DNA from: Alphaproteobacteria bacterium
GTDB taxonomy: Bacteria; Pseudomonadota; Alphaproteobacteria; MPNO01
DNA: 64,000 bases
Assembly: GCA_965242495.1 (NCBI GenBank)
Contig: OZ251446.1
Coordinates: forward strand, 2,820,559 to 2,884,558
Direction: 5' to 3'
Both the position numbers and the translations under genes were made by a program. Under the pieces are notes generated by a model. That model did not search any database and was not told the DNA's origin. It saw only the letters and a list, made by a program, of their open reading frames with translations. Below, piece after piece: positions 34,024 to 42,287 of this stretch; position 1 is the stretch's first letter, and every line of letters begins with the position of its first letter.

Positions 34024-34893
34024 CTAGCGCCGGGGCGCCCGGCGCTCCTTCGCGGTCATGTAATAGATGCCGCCGAAGATGATGGCGGCGCCCAGCAGGG
34101 TCCAGGACTCCGGCGTCTCGGCGAAGAAGACGAAGCCCGCCGCGGCCATCAGCGGCAGGCGGACGAACTCCATCGGGATCACCACCGACGCGTCGGCGGC
34201 GGCGAAGGCGCGGGCGAGGAAGAGATGGGCGCAGAGCCCGGTCACGGTCATGACCAGCAGCCCCGGCGCATCCGCCCAGCCCGGCGTCGTCCAGTAGAAC
34301 AGCGACGGGACCAGCGACATCGGGATCAGCAGCAGGTTGAGCATGAACACCGTGAAGGCCGGGGATTCGGTCCGCGCCAGAGCCTTGAGCGCGATGTCGC
34401 CGCCGGCGTAGGACGCGGCCGAGAACAGCACCACGAAGGCGAGCAGGTCGATCTCGACCACCCCGGGACGCAGGATCACCAACACGCCGACGAACCCCGC
34501 TCCGGTCGCAACCAGCCGCGGCGGCGTCAGCCGTTCGCGCAGGACGACCGCCGCCATCGCCACCCCGAACAGCGGCAAGGTGAAGTGGAGCGCCACCGCC
34601 CCCGCGAGCGTCATATGGGTGAGGGCGTAGAACCAGGACGCGACGCCCAGATAGGTGAGCAGCGCCCGCGCCGCATGGAGCCCCGGCCGGGCGGTCCCCA
34701 GATTCCGCATCCCGCCTCGCCGATACAGGATCGGTAGCATGATGACGAAGCCGGCGACGCTCCGCAGGAACACCTGCTCGATGGGCGAGATCGACTCCGC
34801 CAGGAAGCGGACCGTCACGTTCATGGCCGAGAAGCAGGCCATGCTGGCCATCATCCAGAGCGCGCCCCGGACGACGGGAGGCAGGCGTTCCAT
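34024..34893 (-). CDS. DMT-superfamily (EamA-type) transporter
   Basis: Starts MERLPPVVRGALWMMASMACFS (ATG at 34893). About 10 hydrophobic segments in two EamA-like halves. Confidence 0.8.
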   Translation of the reverse strand: MERLPPVVRGALWMMASMACFSAMNVTVRFLAESISPIEQVFLRSVAGFVIMLPILYRRGGMRNLGTARPGLHAARALLTYLGVASWFYALTHMTLAGAVALHFTLPLFGVAMAAVVLRERLTPPRLVATGAGFVGVLVILRPGVVEIDLLAFVVLFSAASYAGGDIALKALARTESPAFTVFMLNLLLIPMSLVPSLFYWTTPGWADAPGLLVMTVTGLCAHLFLARAFAAADASVVIPMEFVRLPLMAAAGFVFFAETPESWTLLGAAIIFGGIYYMTAKERRAPRR

Positions 34894-34939
34894 ACGCGCG
34901 GGAGCTCCCGGCCGGGACCACGGTGCGCCGCGGCGCGGT

Positions 34940-34967
34940 TTGCCGCGCCCGGCGCGCGGCCTATATT
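34940..34967 (+). promoter_or_regulatory. Putative sigma70-type promoter of rlmN (TTGCCG-16 nt-TATATT)
   Basis: -35 at 34940-34945 and -10 at 34962-34967. The ATG at 34975 lies 7-8 nt after the -10, and there is no SD. Confidence 0.3.
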
Positions 34968-34974
34968 GTGGGCC

Positions 34975-36128
34975 ATGGCAGGCGCGCTTCAAACCGTTTC
35001 GTCGCCGCCGTCCGCGCCCGACGGCGCGCGGGTGGATCTCGTCGGTCTGACGCGACCGGAACTGGCGGCGGCCCTCGCCGCCATCGGGCTGCCGGCGTTC
35101 CGCGCCGCGCAGCTGTGGCGCTGGATCTACCGCCGGGGCGCTACGTCGTTCGACCGGATGACGACCCTCGCCAAGCCGTTGCGCCGCGAGCTGGCCCGGC
35201 GTTTCGCCATCGCCCGGCCCGCGGTCGAGCGCGACCTCGCCTCCGCCGACGGCGCGCGCAAATGGTTGCTCCGCTTCGCCGACGGCCGGCTCGCCGAGAC
35301 CGTCCACATCCCCGAGGCCGACCGCGGGGCGCTCTGCCTGTCGTCGCAGGTCGGCTGCGCGCTGACCTGCCGGTTCTGCCATACCGGCACCCAACCCCTG
35401 GTGCGGAACCTGACCGCGGGCGAGATACTGGGCCAGGTCATGGTGGCCCGCGACCGCTACGGCGAATGGCCGGCCGCGCGCGAGCCGCGCCGCCTCTCCC
35501 ATCTGGTGATGATGGGGATGGGCGAGCCGCTCTACAACTACGACAACGTGCGCGCCGCCCTCGAGATCGCGATGGATGCCGGCGGCATCGGCATCGGCCG
35601 GCGCCGGGTGACCCTCTCCACCGCCGGCGTGGCGCCGCGCATCCGCGACGTGGGCCGCGATCTCGGCGTCCGTCTCGCCGTCTCGCTGCACGCGGTGACG
35701 GACGAGCTGCGCGACCGGCTGGTTCCGCTCAACCGCAGATACGGCATCGAGGCCCTGCTCGCCGCGTGCCGCGACTACCCCGGGGCGCGCAACGCGCGGC
35801 GCATCACGTTCGAATACGCCATGCTCAAGGACGTGAACGATTCCCCCGCCGACGCCCGCGCGCTCGCGCGTCTGATCCGAGGCATCCCGGCCAAGGTCAA
35901 CCTGATCCCGTTCAATCCCTGGCCCGGCGCGCCCTATGAATGCTCCACCGACCGGGCGATCGCCGCCTTCGCCGGCGTCCTCAACCGCGCCGGCTATACC
36001 GCGCCGGTGCGCACGCCGCGCGGCCGCGACATCATGGCCGCCTGCGGCCAGCTGCGGAGCGCCAGCGAGCGGGCCCGGCGCGGCGCCGGGACGGGGGCCG
36101 GGACGGACGCCGGCGCGGATCGGCCGTC

Positions 36129-36132
<4 letters not shown>
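34975..36132 (+). CDS. rlmN: 23S rRNA/tRNA (adenine-C2)-methyltransferase, radical SAM
   Basis: [11 protein letters not shown], the radical-SAM cluster motif [17 protein letters not shown] and LIPFNPWPG. The track's TTG at 34966 is an alternative start. Confidence 0.88.
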
Positions 36133-37334
<1,202 letters not shown>

Positions 37335-37365
37335 TCCCCGCGGCTCCGGAGACGGAATTTTTCGC

Positions 37366-37394
37366 TTGACATGGGCGCGCCGTTGTGTTATGAT
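37366..37394 (+). promoter_or_regulatory. Near-consensus sigma70 promoter with extended -10 (TTGACA-17 nt-TGT-TATGAT)
   Basis: TTGACA at 37366-37371, a 17-nt spacer, and TATGAT at 37389-37394 preceded by TGT. This is striking in a roughly 70% GC genome. Confidence 0.55.
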
Positions 37395-37400
37395 CACCAC

Positions 37401-37457
37401 AATCGGCAGATGAGATTGAGATTTCGGGCCCCCGCGACGAGCCGTCGGCGGGGTTTT
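37401..37457 (+). ncRNA. Candidate small RNA (about 57 nt) from the consensus promoter to an intrinsic terminator
   Basis: Predicted start near 37399-37401. A 5' hairpin CAATC-N9-GATTG (37400-37418), a single-stranded AGAUUUCGGG stretch, then a terminator hairpin. I recognise no homologue. Confidence 0.3.
37430..37457 (+). terminator. Rho-independent terminator-like hairpin
   Basis: CCCCGCGACG-AGC-CGTCG(G)CGGGG forms a 10-bp GC-rich stem with one bulge, followed by TTTT (37454-37457). Confidence 0.4.
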
Positions 37458-37631
37458 CCGTCGCCCGACCTGGAGATTCCTATGTCCTGATACGATGCAA
37501 TCGAAGATTGCGTAGACGATAACGAATCCGGTCCCGACGCCGCCTGCATGACGCCGGACCGAACCGGGGCGGAAAGGCGAGGAATGGACGCCGCCGCCGC
37601 GCCGCCAGGCGAAATTCGACGGTGAATCACC

Positions 37632-37700
37632 CCTGCTTTTCGCCTGCTTTCGCCCTGCTTTTGACCGGTTTCTGCCTTGTTTTTTTCCTGGTTTTTCGTC
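37632..37700. other. Six helically phased T-tracts (predicted intrinsically curved DNA)
   Basis: T-runs start at 37637, 37648, 37659, 37669, 37680 and 37692 (spacing 11, 11, 10, 11, 12). Most are preceded by CTGC or CCTG. Confidence 0.6.
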
Positions 37701-37900
37701 ATAACCTGTTGAAATACAACGAAATTGCAAAATTTTCCGCCGGCGGGACGCCCCGCGCCCCGTCCCCACCGCCGCCCGCCCCCCGGGCGAAGCGCCGGTT
37801 CGGAGCGGATTCCGCAGTCGGATCCGTCGCAATCGAAGGTTGTTTTTCTTCGCTGCGTTACGACGTCGAATGACGGGGCTTGTATCGGCGGCCGCGCCAA

Positions 37901-38020
37901 GGATCCGCCTCGAGCCGATGACCTTCCTGGGGCCATCGTCACAACCCCTCCGTCATTCCCGCGAAAGCGGGAATCCAGGGCGGAAAGGACGGGTCCTTGG
38001 CGTCCGCCTCGAGGCGACGG
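37901..38020. repeat. Cluster D of the REP/MITE-like family
   Basis: GGATCCGCCTCGAGCCGATGACC..CATCGTCACAACCCCTCCGTCATTCCCGCGAAAGCGGGAATCCAGGGCGGAAAGGACGGGTCCTTGGCGTCCGCCTCGAGG. Confidence 0.85.
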
Positions 38021-38103
38021 AGGCGCCCCGGCGGTTCGCCGGTTTCGTTTGCCGCCGCCGCGTCGGTTCTCGGCCCGGGCTCGGCGGCGGCCCTTCCGGC
38101 GTT

Positions 38104-38185
38104 TCGTATGTCTCGAACCGGAACGGCGGCTTGACGCGCCGCCCCCGGATCCCCGTTTGGCGTCTCGTATGCGGTGAACTCGGAC
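38104..38185. repeat. Two degenerate copies of the GTCTCAYATGT..GAACC family
   Basis: TCGTATGTCTCGAACCGGAAC at 38104-38124 and GCGTCTCGTATGCGGTGAACTCGGAC at 38160-38185. Confidence 0.55.
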
Positions 38186-38222
38186 AGTCGATCGGGTCCG
38201 AAAAAACGAGTGGAGGAGAGGA

Positions 38223-38429
38223 ATGTCGGGAAGGAAGCGAAACGGATCGCCTTCGACCGCCGCCCGGAGCCCGGGCGAGGCCCTGGCGCGGATACAGCTG
38301 GCGAACGCGGAGAAGGAGAAGGACCCGGAGATGGCCGCCCTGCAACGCGAGGTGGGCCGGAAAAGCCTGCTGGCCGCGCAGCGGGAGGACAGCCCCGGGC
38401 GGACGCCGAAAGACAAGAGGCGGATGTAG
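38223..38429 (+). CDS. Hypothetical small charged protein (68 aa)
   Basis: Strong SD (GGAGGAGAGGA) directly upstream of the ATG, and high GC3. No recognised family. Confidence 0.42.
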   Translation: MSGRKRNGSPSTAARSPGEALARIQLANAEKEKDPEMAALQREVGRKSLLAAQREDSPGRTPKDKRRM

Positions 38430-38530
38430 AGGCCATTCCTGCAACGCCGTATCGGAGCGAAGGCGCGCGCGACGCCCAGGGCTATCCGAGAGGAGACGTT
38501 CCGATCGGCGGCGCGTGAGGAGCGAAGGTG

Positions 38531-38587
38531 ATGGCGAGCGACCCGTCGCCCGAGCCCGCGGCCGCTGCCGCATTCCGGAAGCGTTGA
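38531..38587 (+). CDS. Mini-ORF (18 aa, MASDPSPEPAAAAAFRKR)
   Basis: SD GAGGAGCGAAGG upstream. The stop overlaps the next ATG (TGATG). Speculative. Confidence 0.2.
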   Translation: MASDPSPEPAAAAAFRKR

Positions 38588-38646
38588 TGGACCGCGGATT
38601 GATGCGGGCTGGACGGACCGGCGCGCCGATGGGTTCGTTCGACTGA
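38587..38646 (+). CDS. Mini-ORF (19 aa, MDRGLMRAGRTGAPMGSFD)
   Basis: Coupled to the preceding mini-ORF. It is in the same frame as the next ORF, separated by one TGA. Speculative. Confidence 0.18.
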   Translation: MDRGLMRAGRTGAPMGSFD

Positions 38647-38661
38647 ACGAGGAGGAGCGAA

Positions 38662-38910
38662 ATGAACTTCAGGAGCGCCGTGAAGAGTTTGCGCCGAGGG
38701 CGGAAGTCGAGATCCTCCCGCCTCTTGGATCCGAACCTCGGCCCGCAGATGGTTCCGGGACTCGGGCCGCAGATCGGGACGGTGGGCTTCTACGACCCGC
38801 CGCCGCCATTTCGACACGACGCCGACGTCTTGCCGTCCGACTTTCCCCGCGCGCGACCGGGGTGGGCCGGACGGATTTGGTCGCGGTTGAGGATGCGGTC
38901 GTCAGCCTGA
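38662..38910 (+). CDS. Hypothetical small protein (82 aa, basic N-terminus, Pro/Gly-rich core)
   Basis: SD GAGGAGGAGCGAA upstream of the ATG, and moderately high GC3. No recognised family. Confidence 0.33.
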   Translation: MNFRSAVKSLRRGRKSRSSRLLDPNLGPQMVPGLGPQIGTVGFYDPPPPFRHDADVLPSDFPRARPGWAGRIWSRLRMRSSA

Positions 38911-39233
38911 CCCGGATCTCCAAGACCGATCGATATGCCGCCCGGGCCGCCGCCGCGGCCCACGTCTTCGCGCCGTTCCGCAAGGAGCACGATCGCGGTT
39001 GCGGATTCGACGGCGGGTTGTCGACGGCGCGCCTGTTTGCCGTTCTGGGCGGCCGAGCGGACGGCCGAGACCGGAACGGTTGTTTGACGGCAAACCGCTC
39101 CCGGGCGGGCGCGCCGCCCCACGGAAACCATCAACCGGTTGATATGCCGAATAAATTTCCCTATCGTGTTTGTTCGACGGTCGTTTGGCGCACGCCGGAT
39201 CGCAGCTGGCGGGCGTGTACGCCCCGGCGCCGC

Positions 39234-40133
39234 TCAGCCGTCGGCGGCGGGCGGCGGGTCGATGCCGTGCTGGCGGCAGGCGGCGATCAGGGTGTTGCGC
39301 AGCAGGCAGGCCACGGTCATCGGGCCGACGCCGCCCGGAACCGGCGTCACCGCGCCGGCGACGGCCGCGGCTTCGTCGAAGGCCACGTCGCCCACCAGCC
39401 GGGTCCCGCCGTCCCCGACGTCGCGGCGGTTGATGCCCACGTCGATCACCGTGGCGCCGGGCTTGATCCAGTCGCCCCGGATCATCTCCGCCCGCCCCGT
39501 CGCGGCGACCAGGATCTCGGCGCCGCGGCACAGCCCGGCCAGGTCGCGGGTCCGCGAATGGGCCACCGTCACCGTGCAATGCGCGCGCAACAGCATCAGC
39601 GCCAGCGGTCGGCCGACGATGTTGGATCGGCCCACCACCACCGCGTTCTTGCCGCCGATCTCGCCCAGCGCGCGCTCGATCAGCATCATGCAGCCCGACG
39701 GCGTGCAAGGCGCGAGCCCGTCGCGCCCGGTCGCGAGCCGCCCGGCGTTGACCGGGTGGAAGCCGTCCACGTCCTTGGCCGGATCGACCGCCTCGATCAC
39801 GGCCGCGGCGTCGATATGGTCGGGGAGCGGCAGCTGGACCAGGATTCCGTTGACCGCCGGGTCGTCGTTGAGGCGCGCCACCAGCTCCAGCAGCTCCGAC
39901 TGCCGCGTCCCCGCGGGCAGGTCGCGCCGATGCGAGTTCATGCCGGCGCGTTCGGCCTGCCGTCCCTTGTTGCGGACGTAGATTTGGCTCGCCGGGTCTT
40001 CGCCGACCAGCACCGCCGCGAGCCCGGGAACGATGCCGTGGTCGCGTCGCAGCGCCTCCGCCTGGCGTCCGATGCGCGCGCAAAGCTCGGCCGCGACCGC
40101 CTTGCCGTCGATCCGCCGCGCCTGCGCCGCCAC
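39234..40133 (-). CDS. folD: Bifunctional methylenetetrahydrofolate dehydrogenase/methenyltetrahydrofolate cyclohydrolase
   Basis: [59 protein letters not shown] and [13 protein letters not shown]. Confidence 0.92.
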   Translation of the reverse strand: MAAQARRIDGKAVAAELCARIGRQAEALRRDHGIVPGLAAVLVGEDPASQIYVRNKGRQAERAGMNSHRRDLPAGTRQSELLELVARLNDDPAVNGILVQLPLPDHIDAAAVIEAVDPAKDVDGFHPVNAGRLATGRDGLAPCTPSGCMMLIERALGEIGGKNAVVVGRSNIVGRPLALMLLRAHCTVTVAHSRTRDLAGLCRGAEILVAATGRAEMIRGDWIKPGATVIDVGINRRDVGDGGTRLVGDVAFDEAAAVAGAVTPVPGGVGPMTVACLLRNTLIAACRQHGIDPPPAADG

Positions 40134-40163
40134 CCGCCTCGCCCGCCCTGGCCCGCAGCGGCG

Positions 40164-40475
40164 TCAGTAGGACGGATAGACGCCCATCGCCACCGCGACC
40201 GCGAGCGCCAGCCGGCGCAGGAAGTAGACCAGGATCACCAGGACGATGGGCGAGAAGTCGACGCCGCCGAAGCGCGGCAGAATGCGCCGGATCGGCGCCG
40301 CCGCCGGCTCGACCAGCCGGTACAGCGAATCGCTGATCAGAAAGACCACCCGGTTGTTGACGTTGACCACCTCGAACGCCAACAGCCAACCCAGGACCAC
40401 CCACAGGATCACCGCCCAGATATAGAGGGCGAGCAGGGCGTCGATCAGCCAGAAGAACGGTTCGAGCAGCTGCAT
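40164..40475 (-). CDS. yggT: YggT-family membrane protein
   Basis: 103 aa with two TM regions and a YggT-like pattern (LYIWAVILWVVLGWL...LYRLVEPAAAPIRRILP...GGVDFSPIVLVILV). Confidence 0.78.
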   Translation of the reverse strand: MQLLEPFFWLIDALLALYIWAVILWVVLGWLLAFEVVNVNNRVVFLISDSLYRLVEPAAAPIRRILPRFGGVDFSPIVLVILVYFLRRLALAVAVAMGVYPSY

Positions 40476-40589
40476 GATCCCGGACGGTACAGCATTTCCC
40501 GCCGCCGCGGAACCGCGTCGAAGGCGCGTTCCCGACGTCGCGTCCGCGCGCGGAACGAATCGACGAGCAGGGCCGCCGACGAGCGTCGG

Positions 40590-42287
40590 TCATCGACCGC
40601 CCGCGGCGTCCGTCGCTCCGCCTTTGGGAGCGGATTCTCGAACCGGCGCCTCCGCCCCATAGATCGCCCGCGCGGCTTCGGCGGAGACGTAGCCCTCCGC
40701 GAGATCCTGCGCCAGCGCCCCGGGGTCGCGGCGGCGGGGGTCGCCGTAACCGCCCCCGCCGGCGCATTCGAGGACGAAGCTCTCGCCCGCCTCGAGCGCG
40801 TAGCGGCCCGAGGCCGGGGCGGTCTGCTCGTCCGCGCCGCCGGGGCGGAGGACGAAGCGGCTGGCGCGGCCCGGACGCCCGCCCGCCAGGCCTTCGGGCG
40901 GGAAGCGCGCGCGGTCGTAGCGCCGGGTCACCACGGCGTCCCGCAGCAGTTCGTAGCGTCGGCGGAAGGACAGGCCGCCGCGATACTCGCCCGCGCCGCC
41001 CGAGTCCGTGATCGGCGCGAATTCGGAGATCCGGCAGGGGAACTCGGACTCCAGTATCTCGATCGGCGCGATGCGGAGGTTGCTCAGATGGGTCGCGACC
41101 GCGGAGGCGCCGTCATGGCCGGGGCCGGCGCCATAGGCCGAGGACAGGATCTCGTATTGCAGGCCGCCGCCGCGCCAGGCGATGGCGATCGAGCCGGTCG
41201 AGCCCGAATGGGCGATGGCGCGCTCGGGCCGGAAGCGGGCCAGCGCTTCGAGGACCACGTCGACCAGCCGGAGATTGGCCTTCTGATAGCTGGAGACCGG
41301 CGCCGGCGGGTCGGCGTTGACGACCGTGCGCGGGCCGTAGCGGAAGCGCGCGACCTCGCGCATGCCGTCGTTATAGGCGAGGTCCGGCCCCAGACATGCG
41401 ATCAGCGCGTAGAAGCAGCAGGCCTCGACCATCGACGGGCGCAGGTTGACCGGCCCCCGGGCTTGGCGGTCGCTGCCGGAGAGATCGAAGCAGGCCACGC
41501 CGTCCTCGATCGTCACCGTGACGGCGAAACGCACCGGCCGGCCCAGCTCCACCCCGTCGTCGTCCATGAACCCCTCGGCCGTCGCGGTCCCGTCGTCGAG
41601 GGCCCGGATGCGGTCGCCCAGCGCCCGCGCCGCGGCCCGCAGCAGAGCGTCGAACGCGGTCGCGACGGTCTCGCCGCCGAAGCGGTCGCCGAGAGCTTTC
41701 AGGCCGTCGGCGCCCAGCCGCGTCGCCGCGATCTGCGCCCGCATGTCGCCCTGGACCAGCGCCGGCTCGCGGCTGTTGGCGAGGATCAGCCGCTCCAGCT
41801 CCTCGTCCGGCGCGCCGCGGTCGTGGATGCGGACCGGCGGCAGCAGCAGCCCTTCCTGGTAGATCTCGGTCGCGGTCGCCGAGGTGCTCCCCGGAACGAC
41901 GCCGCCGAGGTCCGCCTTGTGCGCGATCGAGCCCGAGAACCCCAGCAGCGCGCCGCCGGCGAAGACGGGCGCCACGAACGCCATGTCGGAGACGTGCGGA
42001 AGACCGCCCTCGTAGGGGTGGTTGCAGACGAACACGTCGCCGGCGCGGAGGCCCCGCTCGCCGTAGATCTCCAGCACCCTGCCGACCAGCCGCTTGTAGA
42101 CCGGGGCGTGGAAGAACATCGGCGGGGCGACGATCAGCCCGCCGGCCCGGTCCAGGACGGCGCAGCTGAAATCGCGGGATTCGCGGACGATCGTCGAGTA
42201 GCCGGAGCGGTAGAACCGGTCGTGCATCTCCTCGACCAGGGCCGCGACCTTGCCGCGCAGCAGCTGGACGGCGACCGGATCAACCAT
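40590..42287 (-). CDS. Hydantoinase B/oxoprolinase-family subunit (HyuB-like), copy 2
   Basis: VDPVAVQLLRGKVAALVEEM, IVRESRDFSCAVLD and CNHPYEGGLPHVSDM. The gene overlaps the hyuA copy 2 end by 8 nt. Confidence 0.85.
   Translation of the reverse strand: MVDPVAVQLLRGKVAALVEEMHDRFYRSGYSTIVRESRDFSCAVLDRAGGLIVAPPMFFHAPVYKRLVGRVLEIYGERGLRAGDVFVCNHPYEGGLPHVSDMAFVAPVFAGGALLGFSGSIAHKADLGGVVPGSTSATATEIYQEGLLLPPVRIHDRGAPDEELERLILANSREPALVQGDMRAQIAATRLGADGLKALGDRFGGETVATAFDALLRAAARALGDRIRALDDGTATAEGFMDDDGVELGRPVRFAVTVTIEDGVACFDLSGSDRQARGPVNLRPSMVEACCFYALIACLGPDLAYNDGMREVARFRYGPRTVVNADPPAPVSSYQKANLRLVDVVLEALARFRPERAIAHSGSTGSIAIAWRGGGLQYEILSSAYGAGPGHDGASAVATHLSNLRIAPIEILESEFPCRISEFAPITDSGGAGEYRGGLSFRRRYELLRDAVVTRRYDRARFPPEGLAGGRPGRASRFVLRPGGADEQTAPASGRYALEAGESFVLECAGGGGYGDPRRRDPGALAQDLAEGYVSAEAARAIYGAEAPVRESAPKGGATDAAGGR

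Noticed and set aside
37394-37705. Minus-strand ORF tail MTKNQEKNKAETGQKQGESRRK... (about 102 aa), which overlaps the candidate sRNA and the T-tract region
   Set aside because: There is no SD upstream of its ATG and its third-position composition is atypical. The Lys/Gln-rich start is simply the translation of the phased A-tracts, and there is no recognisable family. It could only be rescued by Ribo-seq evidence.
37395-37900. Possible tmRNA (two-piece alphaproteobacterial ssrA), RNase P RNA, SRP RNA or 6S RNA in the AT-enriched spacer after argG
   Set aside because: I looked for a T-loop plus acceptor end (GGTTCGA.TCC...CCA), an ANDN...AA tag frame, the GGAAAGTCCGG P4 element and the SRP GGAA motif. 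None was found. The stretch GACGATAACGAA only superficially resembles a tag. Only an Rfam/Infernal scan could settle this.
38174-38518. 114-aa plus-strand ORF overlapping the 68-aa small ORF in another frame
   Set aside because: It has a GTG start without an SD, and Gly/Arg/Pro/Glu low-complexity composition. The overlapping 38223 frame has the strong SD and the better codon bias.
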